Source: Lachnospiraceae bacterium
GTDB taxonomy: Bacteria > Bacillota > Clostridia > Lachnospirales > Lachnospiraceae
DNA: 64,000 nt
NCBI GenBank assembly: GCA_045531055.1
Contig: JAZSDG010000031.1
Location: 11,282 to 75,281 of the forward strand
Direction: 5' to 3'
How positions within the stretch are numbered: the stretch's first letter is position 1; every line of letters starts with the position of its first letter. The position numbers were made by a program, and so were the translations under genes. The notes under the pieces are model-generated. The model saw only the letters and a list, made by a program, of their open reading frames with translations. It was not told the origin of the DNA and did no database searches. Below, piece after piece: positions 10,673-20,523 of the stretch.

Positions 10673-12422
10673 GAGGCATTCTCTCCTTTCCCATATCTTC
10701 TTTCTTAAATTGAGATTCATAAATTTCACGATAAATATCGCATTTCAACAGAAGCTCGTTATGAACACCAATTCCTACCATTTCCCCATCATCCAATACA
10801 ATAATATTATCCGCAAACTGAATAGACGAAGTTCTCTGTGATACAATAAAAATCGTTTTGTTCCCCTGTAACGCCCGTAATGCTGCCCGTAATTTTGCAT
10901 CTGTTGCAAAATCAAGCGCAGACGCACTATCGTCTAAAATCAAAATATCCGGATCCTTAACAATGGCTCGCGCAATCGTAAGACGCTGTCTTTGTCCACC
11001 GGATAAATTCTTCCCCCCCTGTTCTATGCGGTAAGAAAGTCCCCCTTCTTTTCCTCTTACTACATCTGCAGCTTGTGCAATTTCGAGCGCTTTCCACAAT
11101 TGTTCTTCTGTCGCATCCGGATTTCCCCAACGCAGATTTTCTTCTATCGTTCCTGCAAACAGAACTGCTTTTTGCATAACAATGCCAACTTTGTTACGCA
11201 ATTCCTCTATTTCATATTCTCTAACGTCTTTTCCATCTACATACACAGCACCGGACGAAACATCATAAAAACGCGGAATCAAATGAACAAGTGATGACTT
11301 GCCTGATCCGGTTCCCCCAATAATACCTATTGTTTGTCCCCTTTTTGCCACAAAATCAATATTTGTCAATGCTTCTTCGCAAGATGATGCATACTTCATA
11401 CAAACGTTGGAAAATACAATTCCTTCCTGTAAAACATCTGCCGTTTTATCCGGATTGGTAATCGAAGCATCCGTGATGGAAGATTTCATTTCTAACAATT
11501 CTGCTATACGATTTCCACAAGCAACCGATTTTGTAACATTAATAATTAAATTAGCAAGTTTGACAAGCTCAACCAAAATTTGTGACATATAGCTGACAAG
11601 CGCAACAACTTCACCTTGTGTAATGTATCCACCATATACACGCTTTCCACCAATCCAAATTACCGCAATAATCGAAACATTAATAATAATATAGGTTATT
11701 GGATTCATAAGCGCAGAAACACGTCCAACAACAATCTGAAAATTAGTAAGAAATGTATTGCTCTTTTCAAATGCTTTTATTTCTTCTTCTTCCTTATGAA
11801 ACGCACGGATTACGCGTGCTCCTGCAAGGTTCTCCCTTGTATGCCCCAAAACTTTATCCAGCGCTCCCTGCACCTTTTTATACATCGGAATACTAATAAG
11901 CATGACACCGAATACAACGATTGATAAGAGCGGAATAGTGACAACAAATACCAACGCAGCTTTTACATCTACAGTAAATGCCATAATCATTGCGCCCAAT
12001 ACAATAAACGGCGAACGCAAAAATAGACGAATGACCAGATTTACACCTGACTGAACCTGATTGATATCACTTGTCATACGTGTAATCATAGTGGATGTTC
12101 CAACCGTATCCATCTCTGCAAAAGAAAGTGTCTGAATATGTGAAAATAATGCATGTCGTAATTTCGTCGAAAATCCAACCGCTGCTTTTGCCGCAAAATA
12201 CTGGGCTGTTACCGAACAAACCAATCCGACGATTGCAAGGGCAACAAGAATGAGACACATACGAAAAATATACGGCTTGTCCGATTTCAAAATACCCACA
12301 TCAATAATTGTAGCCATAACAAGTGGTACAAACAATTCAAAGGATGCTTCTAACAATTTAAAAAGCGGTCCAAGTATAGTTTCTTTTTTATATTCCTTCA
12401 AAAAAACAAGCAATTTCTTCAT
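10662..12422 (-). CDS. Heterodimeric ABC exporter subunit (degenerate Walker B and switch)
   Basis: TMD + GGTGSGKS, LSGGQ, LDDSAS, SQR; start at MKKLL with GGAGGT. Confidence 0.92.
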   Translation of the reverse strand: MKKLLVFLKEYKKETILGPLFKLLEASFELFVPLVMATIIDVGILKSDKPYIFRMCLILVALAIVGLVCSVTAQYFAAKAAVGFSTKLRHALFSHIQTLSFAEMDTVGTSTMITRMTSDINQVQSGVNLVIRLFLRSPFIVLGAMIMAFTVDVKAALVFVVTIPLLSIVVFGVMLISIPMYKKVQGALDKVLGHTRENLAGARVIRAFHKEEEEIKAFEKSNTFLTNFQIVVGRVSALMNPITYIIINVSIIAVIWIGGKRVYGGYITQGEVVALVSYMSQILVELVKLANLIINVTKSVACGNRIAELLEMKSSITDASITNPDKTADVLQEGIVFSNVCMKYASSCEEALTNIDFVAKRGQTIGIIGGTGSGKSSLVHLIPRFYDVSSGAVYVDGKDVREYEIEELRNKVGIVMQKAVLFAGTIEENLRWGNPDATEEQLWKALEIAQAADVVRGKEGGLSYRIEQGGKNLSGGQRQRLTIARAIVKDPDILILDDSASALDFATDAKLRAALRALQGNKTIFIVSQRTSSIQFADNIIVLDDGEMVGIGVHNELLLKCDIYREIYESQFKKEDMGKERMPHEK

Positions 12423-12473
12423 GATGATACCTCCAAAAATCCCAAAAAGGATTATAACATAGTTTCCATCAAC

Positions 12474-12540
12474 AAAAAAGACCGAGTTCCCCCGATCTTC
12501 CTTGCATTGAACATTTAATGACATATGTTTTCCGATTCAT
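12474..12540 (-). ncRNA. Candidate small RNA (or attenuator) with intrinsic terminator
   Basis: Upstream TTGACA-17-TAAACT promoter; AAGAUCGGG-GGAA-CUCGGUCUU stem then U run (12499-12474). Confidence 0.5.
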
Positions 12541-12541
12541 T

Positions 12542-12576
12542 GTTAGTTTACACTAACCATCATTAGTTGTCAATAA
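12542..12576. promoter_or_regulatory. Tandem DtxR/MntR-type operator palindromes over a minus-strand promoter
   Basis: GTTAG-TTTACA-CTAAC (12542-12557) and TTAG-TTGTCA-ATAA (12563-12576); -35 at 12568-12573, -10 at 12545-12550. Confidence 0.65.
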
Positions 12577-12672
12577 CTTTATAATTAATTTTATTATGGT
12601 AATCTTTTCTTCATTATGATATACTCGATACATGTGAATTCCACATTTGTACAAGTATAAGGAGGGGTACAT

Positions 12673-13032
12673 ATGCACCACAACGAATCATCTGAGAACT
12701 ATTTAGAAACTATTCTCTTATTAAGTAAAAAACTCCCCGTCGTACGTTCTGTCGATATTGCAAATGAACTTGGATATAAAAAATCCAGCGTAAGTATCGC
12801 CATGAAACATCTTCGTGAGAAGAAACACATCACGGTAACCGACGCCGGTTTTATCTATCTGACAGATACCGGACGCGAAATTGCTGAAATGATTTATGAA
12901 CGACATGAAATCATTACTTCTTTCCTTGTCGGTCTTGGAGTCTCTGAAGAAGTTGCTTCCGAAGACGCATGTCGCATCGAGCACGTCATCAGTAGTGAAA
13001 GTTTTGAAGCGCTGAAGAAACATATTGGCTAA
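12673..13032 (+). CDS. DtxR/MntR-family metal-dependent repressor
   Basis: ENYLETI, HTH SVSIAM, ERHE, EDACRIEH. Confidence 0.92.
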   Translation: MHHNESSENYLETILLLSKKLPVVRSVDIANELGYKKSSVSIAMKHLREKKHITVTDAGFIYLTDTGREIAEMIYERHEIITSFLVGLGVSEEVASEDACRIEHVISSESFEALKKHIG

Positions 13033-13346
13033 GGAGTTGGCAAGAATACAGACACCACATAAACCGTTAATGCTGCTCCAAGAGCCACTATCAGCAATCC
13101 TTTTTTCGTATATGCAAGCAGGATTGCAACTACGCATCCCGCTATAGCTCCTATTATAGAGCCGGTACTCGTAAAAATTGCAGGAAATGTCATTGCCGCC
13201 AAGACGGTATATGGCACATAATACAAAAAGGATTTCACTCGTACATTTTCTATCTTCTTTCGAAAAATTGCCATTGGAATAAACCGGATTAGATACGTCA
13301 TCATTGCCATAATTGCAATTCCGGTTAACAAATACCCAAGATTCAT
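13029..13346 (-). CDS. azlD: AzlD-family membrane protein
   Basis: TYLIRFIP, FLYYVPYTVLAAM; coupled to azlC. Confidence 0.82.
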   Translation of the reverse strand: MNLGYLLTGIAIMAMMTYLIRFIPMAIFRKKIENVRVKSFLYYVPYTVLAAMTFPAIFTSTGSIIGAIAGCVVAILLAYTKKGLLIVALGAALTVYVVSVFLPTP

Positions 13347-14047
13347 TCTGCGTTTTCCTCCTTTTCTCCAACCGGAAATAACCATGCAGCCAATGCGCTC
13401 ACACCAATTGTAATAATGATAACAGACCATCCACCGGAAAGTGCAGACAATAGCGGTAAATACGCAAACGCACAACTTGCTATGATTGCAAGCAAGACGG
13501 CAATCAGCACACTTTTTTGTTCACGCGCCGGTGGTACAATAATTGCAATAAACATTCCATATAATGCAATTCCCATTGCATCAGAAATTGCCTCCGGCAG
13601 TAATGACGTTGCAACCGCACCAATCAAAGTACCACAACTCCAACCAATCACCGGTGTCAAAATCAACCCCATCATATATGGAAAACTCAAATCCTTCCTT
13701 CGTTGCATGGAAACAGCAAATACCTCATCTGTAATACCAAACGAAACCGGAATGCGTTTTTGGAGCGTAAACTGATGATCTACTTTTTGCGAAATAGATA
13801 ACGACATTAAAAAGTAGCGAATATTAATAATAAATGTTGTAATAATCAATTCTGCAAATGATGCATGTGCCAATAATAAATTGGTGCCGGCAAATTGACC
13901 GGCACTCGTCAAATTTGTAAGGGAAATCAAAACTGTTGCCCATATTGGCATCCCTGATTTTACTGCAGAAAGTCCAAATGCCATGGACACTGATAAGTAT
14001 CCAAGGCATATTGGTATTCCGTCTCTTATTCCTTCTTTAAATTCCAT
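13343..14047 (-). CDS. azlC: AzlC-family branched-chain amino acid exporter
   Basis: SAGQFA, INIRY, GITDEVFA. Confidence 0.88.
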   Translation of the reverse strand: MEFKEGIRDGIPICLGYLSVSMAFGLSAVKSGMPIWATVLISLTNLTSAGQFAGTNLLLAHASFAELIITTFIINIRYFLMSLSISQKVDHQFTLQKRIPVSFGITDEVFAVSMQRRKDLSFPYMMGLILTPVIGWSCGTLIGAVATSLLPEAISDAMGIALYGMFIAIIVPPAREQKSVLIAVLLAIIASCAFAYLPLLSALSGGWSVIIITIGVSALAAWLFPVGEKEENAE

Positions 14048-14054
14048 AATTCCT

Positions 14055-15725
14055 CTATTGTGCTAAAAATTTCTCAAGGAATTCATCCTTGCTACAAGGC
14101 TTACCAAAATAGTATCCTTGAATAAAATCCGGAGAAAGCTTACAGATTTCTTCATACTCCTCTTGTGTTTCGATTCCTTCCACACAAGTTTTAAGGCCCA
14201 GACCATGCACCATATTAATGATATGTGCCATAAGCTTATTCTCATATTCATCATTAAGCGCCTTTAATGTGAATCCGCGGTCCAACTTCACCACATGCGG
14301 CATCATATTCCCGATGCTTTGGAAATTCGAATATCCGGTTCCAAAATCATCCAGTGCAATATAAATTCCGTATTCTTTCAAGTGATTCCATACTTTCTTG
14401 ACGGATGGTGTATTCTCTAAATATCCACTCTCCGTCATCTCCACCATCAAACTATGTGGCTTTAGTCCGGATTCTTGAATCATTTGACGAATTACTGAAG
14501 TAATCGAAGTCTTCAGCACTTGCATGTAAGACAAATTCACGCTGACACGAAAATCAGGATTGGTACGCTGACAAATCTTACACATCTCAATAGATTTCTG
14601 CAAAACCCATTTCCCGACCGGAATAATAAGACCACTATCTTCCAAAATCGGAATCATCTCCATTGGAGAAATGGGCTCTCCATCCGGCATCGTAAACCGA
14701 AGCAATGCCTCAGTTGCATATACCTGTTGTTCTTCTGCTAATACAATCGGTTGGTAATGTAAATCAAAGCCTTGAAAACTTGTCGCTACGGATGCTCTTA
14801 ATTCACGAAGAATCTTTCGTTTTCTCAAAAAGTTTTGATAATCATCGTCATTAAAATTGTATATCTGATTCTTTCCGCGTTTCTTCGCCTCACTTAAAGC
14901 AAATTGTGAAAATTTCATTAATTTATCATACTCCGGATAATTGAGTTCATCACAATATACTGCTCCGCCGGAAATTGTATAAACAGCCTCATAGTGATGT
15001 TGTTCAATAAATCCGTCAATCGCTATGCGAATTCTCTCATATAAATCCATAGCATCTTCTTTGCTTCCATATGTAAAATCAAGGATCAAATACTCATCCG
15101 ACTGTTCTCGATAAACCTGTTGTCCCGGCAATAGACAAGAAACAATACCTTCTGCCACACCCCGTAATACATAGTCTCCGTAATCGCTACCAAACTTCTC
15201 ATTGATATCTTTAAAATCATCTAATCCCAGACGTAAAACATATCCGGCCGTGCCCTCTCTATAAGACGCACTTAAGGCCGGTTGGACAGCTGCACTTGCC
15301 AAAAGCCCGCTAATATTATCTGCTATCTGCGTTGCACCAATTTCATTCACACAACCAATCAAAAATACCGGATTATTATCCTCGTCCTTAATTACCCGTC
15401 CTCTGCAGTTAATCCAGATTGGTTTATTATCTTTTCCAAGCCAACGATAACAAATATCATGCTCTTCTTTCTCTCCGTTAACAAGTTTTTGCAAATCCTC
15501 TGTTAACATTTCATTATCTTCAGGATACACAAACTTTCTATGTGTATTCATCACATCTTGAAACAAATTCTTTTCAAGCATAAATCGCTCTGTCGCACGA
15601 TTAGAAATAAAGTACATATCTCCCTTTATATCATATACATATAAGTAGTCATCCATACAAGATTCAAACTGACGAATCATTTCGCAAAATTCATTAAAGG
15701 TTACTTCGTTTATCATAAAATCCAT
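14055..15725 (-). CDS. PAS + degenerate GGDEF + EAL protein (probable c-di-GMP phosphodiesterase)
   Basis: EALLR, EMTES, DDFGTGYS, EGIE, QGYYF; GGDEF position reads QSDEY. Confidence 0.88.
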   Translation of the reverse strand: MDFMINEVTFNEFCEMIRQFESCMDDYLYVYDIKGDMYFISNRATERFMLEKNLFQDVMNTHRKFVYPEDNEMLTEDLQKLVNGEKEEHDICYRWLGKDNKPIWINCRGRVIKDEDNNPVFLIGCVNEIGATQIADNISGLLASAAVQPALSASYREGTAGYVLRLGLDDFKDINEKFGSDYGDYVLRGVAEGIVSCLLPGQQVYREQSDEYLILDFTYGSKEDAMDLYERIRIAIDGFIEQHHYEAVYTISGGAVYCDELNYPEYDKLMKFSQFALSEAKKRGKNQIYNFNDDDYQNFLRKRKILRELRASVATSFQGFDLHYQPIVLAEEQQVYATEALLRFTMPDGEPISPMEMIPILEDSGLIIPVGKWVLQKSIEMCKICQRTNPDFRVSVNLSYMQVLKTSITSVIRQMIQESGLKPHSLMVEMTESGYLENTPSVKKVWNHLKEYGIYIALDDFGTGYSNFQSIGNMMPHVVKLDRGFTLKALNDEYENKLMAHIINMVHGLGLKTCVEGIETQEEYEEICKLSPDFIQGYYFGKPCSKDEFLEKFLAQ

Positions 15726-15772
15726 ACCAAGTCCTCCCAAAGCCAACCTATTCCATTTGTTATTATACCATG

Positions 15773-16624
15773 TTACTGTGGTAAATTACAAGTTTTTTTG
15801 TTGTAAATGTCTAAAAAATTATATCTTTTTCCATCTTTTTTGTAAGCAATTACCGTATCTAAGTTCACATTTTCTACACTTCGAAAAATATTTTTCTCTA
15901 TATATGGATTATTTTTACTTAGTTGTGCAATTAATTCCTTAATTTCAGCTCTTTTGGATGTAACATCAGACACCTCCTGTGATGCACACTGCTCCGTAAA
16001 GCGACAAGCACATTGGATAAATTCCAGCTCGTTGTAATTTCGCCAATGAATAATATCATCTTCGCGAATCAAATACATTGGCCTTATAAGTTCCATTCCC
16101 TCAAAATTTGTGCTGTGAAGCTTCGGCATCATAGTCTGTATCTGCGCACCGTAGAACATTCCCATTACAATCGTTTCTATTACATCATCAAAATGATGCC
16201 CCAGTGCAATCTTATTGCATCCCAATTCTTTTGCCTTACTATATAAATGACCTCGTCGCATTCTTGCACACAAATAACATGGAGAATCTGTCACATCCTC
16301 TACTGCCTCAAAAATATCTGTTTCAAACACTGTAATTGGTACTTCAAGTATTTTTGCGTTATCCAAAATTTTTTGATAATTAACATCGTTATATCCCGGA
16401 TTCATTACCAGAAATTGTACATCAAAATTCTTTTTCCCATGCCGTTCCAGTTCTTGAAACAATTTTGCCAAAAGCATCGAATCTTTTCCGCCGGAAATAC
16501 ATACCGCAATTTTATCGCCATCCTGAATCATTTCATATTCATTGATAGCTTTTGTAAATTTGCGCCATATTTCTTTTTTAAATTTTTTGATTATACTACG
16601 TTCGACCTCTTTTGCTTTTTCCAC
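15773..16624 (-). CDS. ttcA: TtcA-family tRNA thiolation protein
   Basis: SGGKDS, CYLC, GHHFDD; GTG start at 16624 with AAAGGAG RBS; TAGACA-17-TATAAT promoter upstream. Confidence 0.8.
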   Translation of the reverse strand: MEKAKEVERSIIKKFKKEIWRKFTKAINEYEMIQDGDKIAVCISGGKDSMLLAKLFQELERHGKKNFDVQFLVMNPGYNDVNYQKILDNAKILEVPITVFETDIFEAVEDVTDSPCYLCARMRRGHLYSKAKELGCNKIALGHHFDDVIETIVMGMFYGAQIQTMMPKLHSTNFEGMELIRPMYLIREDDIIHWRNYNELEFIQCACRFTEQCASQEVSDVTSKRAEIKELIAQLSKNNPYIEKNIFRSVENVNLDTVIAYKKDGKRYNFLDIYNKKTCNLPQ

Positions 16625-16687
16625 TATATTCTCCTTTAACTCGTTACGAATAGCCAATCCAATTATAGTATAGGAAAAAAGTACTGT

Positions 16688-17569
16688 CTAGAACATTTTT
16701 TTCTTCTTAAAGAAAATCGTTTCCAGTACAATAATTAAAATACTGATAAACACTACTATAGGATATGCATAGCGATAATGGAATTCCGGCATATTCGGAA
16801 AATTCATACCATACCATCCGGCAATTAAAGAAAGCGGAAGAAATATAGTAGTCACTACTGTCAAAATATTGATGATATTGTTTTGCTGCACTGCAATGAG
16901 TGACTGATACAACTCTCGTATCTGTAACAAATAGTCGCGTAGTTGTTCCACATAATTGTGAAGACGATCTACGCGACTAATATATGTTTTCCATGCTGTT
17001 ACTTCTTCCGGAGACAGATGATTTGCATACATTCGTATCATTTGCTCCCCCACTTCTAACATCTGTTCATAATACGCATGATAACCGGACAACTGTTTTC
17101 GAAAACGAATGACCGTTTCATAAAAATGCTCCGGAATATTTTTTAACAAACGTTCTTCCATTTGAGAGAGTTTTTCTTCTTCCTGCTGCAAATCAATCAC
17201 ATCATTTTCAATCATCCCTTCAAATATTCGTAGCAAAACTGCTGTAACACAATTGGATTCTGTTGCACTTTTTCCAAGCCTGCTTAACAATTCTTCAACA
17301 ACACCACTATCGTCCACAAAAATCAAATCATTTTCTCGAACACAAAATCCAAATGCACTTATTTCATTTCGACATTTTCCGATTTTGGGAATTTTAACAA
17401 CTCCTTGCAGACTATCGTCATAGGTTTCTGTTTTGCAATATCGAACCGGTGACATACTTTCCTTTAAATGATGTAAATATGGATACTTCTCATAATTTTG
17501 TTTTAATTGTTCCATTGTAATCACATATAACATGTAATTAGTTTGTTCTGTTTCGCGTTTTGTATGCAA
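16688..17569 (-). CDS. CorA-family divalent cation transporter (start uncertain)
   Basis: FLPLSLIAGWYGMNF..MPE signature, two C-terminal TM helices. Confidence 0.87.
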   Translation of the reverse strand: MHTKRETEQTNYMLYVITMEQLKQNYEKYPYLHHLKESMSPVRYCKTETYDDSLQGVVKIPKIGKCRNEISAFGFCVRENDLIFVDDSGVVEELLSRLGKSATESNCVTAVLLRIFEGMIENDVIDLQQEEEKLSQMEERLLKNIPEHFYETVIRFRKQLSGYHAYYEQMLEVGEQMIRMYANHLSPEEVTAWKTYISRVDRLHNYVEQLRDYLLQIRELYQSLIAVQQNNIINILTVVTTIFLPLSLIAGWYGMNFPNMPEFHYRYAYPIVVFISILIIVLETIFFKKKKMF

Positions 17570-17592
17570 ATGTAAAACGAAAATATGATATT

Positions 17593-18585
17593 TTAGTTCG
17601 TCCTAATATTGGCGCTTATCTTTAACAAACTGCCACAGTAAGAACAAGTCTCACTTTGTGTAGCATTGGATGCACCACAGTTTGGACATTTCCCGTACAC
17701 CATCATAGGCTCCTCAGACAACATTTCCGGATGCTCTTTAAAATATCGATATGCATCGTTCTGTTTCTTTGTACCTCCTAAGATAGCTACATAAAAAATG
17801 CTGTAAAAAACAAGAAGGAATACTATTACCGGAGCGATTGCCCAATTGATTTTTGTCTTTGCCAAATCATCCATTACCGAATTCCAGGAATGCTCCAATG
17901 CATCTGCTAAATTCTTCTTTGCCATACCCTTGTGAAAATTATCCAAAAGTTCATCAAAAGCGGCATCCGAAAAACATTTTTCGGTATCATCACCACAGTA
18001 TATATCATATTCCCAATCATAAAATTCTGCACTGTTGTCCGCGGTAAATAATATAATCATGGCATCTTCATCATATCCGATTTGGTAATAAAGTTCCTCG
18101 GAATATATTTCTATAGAATTATAATAATTCTTCCATGAGAAATCATCTGTATACAATGTTATCGGCATACCGGACTTGTCATATACTTCGTGAAAAAGTT
18201 CCAAAACCTCTTTTTCTTCGTCTGCGGTCAATACATCCGCATTATCCTCGATATAAATACGCTCTGTATCACCTGACACTTTTCCGCCAAACTGAACCAG
18301 AGAACTTGCAAAGGCGCCTACCATGATTAACATATGACCTGTAATGAATATCAAAGCACATATTTTCCCACCATTCCAAGCACTCTGTGTACCAAATCTC
18401 CTACTGCTTGTATAACAGCTATGTAATCTTCCGCGCCTATCATAATAAGAGCGATTATAACAACCTCTAAAAGGCGTGCTCGATGTTCTTATTCTAGAGC
18501 CACCTCCGCGTGAACTACTTCTGCTTCCGGAACTACTGCTTCTACTACTTCCGCCACTTCGTGACCCTCCACCATGTCTTCCCAT
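17593..18585 (-). CDS. TPM-domain membrane protein with Gly/Ser/Arg-rich N-tail and C-terminal Zn ribbon
   Basis: IEDNADVLT..EE TPM-like start; two TM helices; CPNCG..CSYCG. Confidence 0.7.
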   Translation of the reverse strand: MGRHGGGSRSGGSSRSSSSGSRSSSRGGGSRIRTSSTPFRGCYNRSYYDRRGRLHSCYTSSRRFGTQSAWNGGKICALIFITGHMLIMVGAFASSLVQFGGKVSGDTERIYIEDNADVLTADEEKEVLELFHEVYDKSGMPITLYTDDFSWKNYYNSIEIYSEELYYQIGYDEDAMIILFTADNSAEFYDWEYDIYCGDDTEKCFSDAAFDELLDNFHKGMAKKNLADALEHSWNSVMDDLAKTKINWAIAPVIVFLLVFYSIFYVAILGGTKKQNDAYRYFKEHPEMLSEEPMMVYGKCPNCGASNATQSETCSYCGSLLKISANIRTN

Positions 18586-18648
18586 ATACGACCTCCATAT
18601 TGTAATTTCTTGTGTTAATTTTCTTTAATTCATTCGATAAAATTGTAC

Positions 18649-20052
18649 CTATTTAACTCGAGAAAGTAAACAAATCGTCTCTACATGCACGGTTCCCGGA
18701 AACATATCCACACAGCAAATCTTCTTCACCTCATAGCCCCTCGCAAGAAAAATCTCCAAATCCCTTGCAAGACTAGTCGGTTTACAAGAAATATAAACCA
18801 TGTTTGGAACACCATACGCGATAATCTTCTCAATTGCTTTTGGATGAATTCCGTCTCGAGGTGGATCCAATATAATATAATCCGGCTTTTCTTCAATCGA
18901 ATCAAGCACTTTTAGAACATCGCCGGCAAGAAATTTGCAATTGGTTAAACCATTTAATGCCGCATTCTCTCGGGCTGCTTCTACCGCTTCTTCTACGATC
19001 TCAACACCTACAACTTCCTTACAAACCGGTGCCATCATCTGTGCAATTGTGCCAGTTCCGCTGTAAAGATCGTAAACCGTCTTCTCACACAACGCATTCT
19101 CATCTCCTGAAAGAATATAGTCTCTGGCTGTTTCGTACAAAACCTCTGCGCCAAGTGAATTGGTCTGAAAAAAGGAAAATGGTGTAATCTGAAAGCGAAG
19201 TCCCAACAACTCTTCGTAAAAGAATCCTTCTCCAAACAAAATATCCGTACCTTCATTCTTAATCACATCAGCAACACTGTCGTTTTTCGTATGTAAAACA
19301 CCTTTTAATGTTCCTGTAAGAGATAATTCCTGTAATGCATGAACCCAGCCGCTTAAAAGTTCCTCTTCTGTAACATTTGCTGAGCTACTTTGTGTCGTTG
19401 TTACAAGGTCAATCAGTATCTCTCCTGTTTTGGTCGCCTTTCTTACCAACAAATGACGCAAATATCCGCAATGACGCAATCTATGGAAAAATGTCACATC
19501 TGCTTTTCTAAAATAATCCAATGTTGCCATTAAAATCGCACGAAAATCCGCGTCTACTATTTGGCAATCCTTGACGGTAACCAAATCATAAAAACTACCT
19601 CTCTTATGCATCCCTAATGCAAGTGGCCCGTCTTTCCATTCATCACCAAAGGAAAACTCCATTTTATTGCGATATTCATATTGTTTCGGACTCGGTTTGA
19701 TTCCCTCAAATTCATATGAACAAGTATCCCCAATCGCTTCTTCCATCAGCTTTTGCACCTGCCCCACTTTGAGTGTCAATTGCTCTTCATACGGAAGTGA
19801 CTGATAGGTACAGCCACCGCAATTCCCAAAATGCGGACAAGTAGCATCTCTCTCTATCGGCGACTTCTCTAAAGTCTCTAACAAACGCGCCTCATATTTC
19901 CCTTTTCTGGCTTTGTTGACAACGAAAGAAACTTTCTGTCCCGGTATTGTATTCTTAACAACGACATGTTCCCCATCTTCTGTCTGTACGATGCCTTTAT
20001 TCGGAAATACAATCTTCGTTACGAAACCTTCGCCAATCTGACCTTTCTTCAT
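18649..20052 (-). CDS. rlmD: 23S rRNA (uracil-5)-methyltransferase
   Basis: CPHFGNCGGC, SFFQTN, DLYSGTG, DPPRDG, YISC, DMFP..HVE. Confidence 0.93.
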   Translation of the reverse strand: MKKGQIGEGFVTKIVFPNKGIVQTEDGEHVVVKNTIPGQKVSFVVNKARKGKYEARLLETLEKSPIERDATCPHFGNCGGCTYQSLPYEEQLTLKVGQVQKLMEEAIGDTCSYEFEGIKPSPKQYEYRNKMEFSFGDEWKDGPLALGMHKRGSFYDLVTVKDCQIVDADFRAILMATLDYFRKADVTFFHRLRHCGYLRHLLVRKATKTGEILIDLVTTTQSSSANVTEEELLSGWVHALQELSLTGTLKGVLHTKNDSVADVIKNEGTDILFGEGFFYEELLGLRFQITPFSFFQTNSLGAEVLYETARDYILSGDENALCEKTVYDLYSGTGTIAQMMAPVCKEVVGVEIVEEAVEAARENAALNGLTNCKFLAGDVLKVLDSIEEKPDYIILDPPRDGIHPKAIEKIIAYGVPNMVYISCKPTSLARDLEIFLARGYEVKKICCVDMFPGTVHVETICLLSRVK

Positions 20053-20099
20053 CTTTGTCTTACCTTTCTACCTTTTCATATCGAAATTTGCAATACAGA

Positions 20100-20126
20100 A
20101 AAAAGGAGCCGTACATGACAGCTCCT
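20100..20126 (-). terminator. Intrinsic terminator
   Basis: AGGAGC...GCTCCT stem plus T run on minus strand. Confidence 0.6.
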
Positions 20127-20137
20127 AAAATCTCATT

Positions 20138-20422
20138 CTATTCTTCACTCTTGGCTGTTTCTATAGGTTCTTCCACCTCATCTTCTTCATCCTCAAAGAA
20201 ATCATCTTCAAAATCGTCTTCAAAATCATCTTCAAAATCATCAAGATAATCCGGAGTAAAGAAACGGTAAATACCATAAGCTGCTGCCGCAACTGCAACA
20301 ACAATACCAATAATTGCAAATACAATCAATGCCTTAGATGGCTTCTTGTCTTCCTTATCTTCTTTTCTCTTGATTAATTCATTCAATTTCGCAGCATTTA
20401 AGAGTTCTTCCACCTTATTCAT
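20138..20422 (-). CDS. Small single-TM protein with acidic DDFE-repeat tail
   Basis: 94 aa, AAAGGAG RBS, TM helix, DDFEDDFEDDFEDDFF. Confidence 0.8.
   Translation of the reverse strand: MNKVEELLNAAKLNELIKRKEDKEDKKPSKALIVFAIIGIVVAVAAAAYGIYRFFTPDYLDDFEDDFEDDFEDDFFEDEEDEVEEPIETAKSEE
20199..20242. repeat. 12-bp tandem repeat (~3.7 copies) encoding DDFE
   Basis: AAATC(A/G)TCTTCA units. Confidence 0.8.
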
Positions 20423-20523
20423 AATAAATACTACTCCTTTCGTGTAATATAACGCTAAATAATTATTGTTATTATAACATAGTTTCCCCTAATTTCCTAT
20501 AAAAATTATGAAAATAAGTAAAA

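Noticed and set aside
8918-12422. Degenerate Walker B and switch in one ABC subunit as a sign of pseudogenisation
   Set aside because: This is the normal asymmetry of TM287/288-type heterodimeric exporters.
12721-13371. 216-aa minus-strand ORF overlapping azlD and the DtxR-family gene
   Set aside because: Alternative-frame or antisense overlap of two confident genes.
18586-18720. 3' end of rlmD, a known integration hotspot for ICEs/IMEs in Firmicutes
   Set aside because: No recombinase follows and I found no duplicated rlmD 3' end in the window; the site appears empty.
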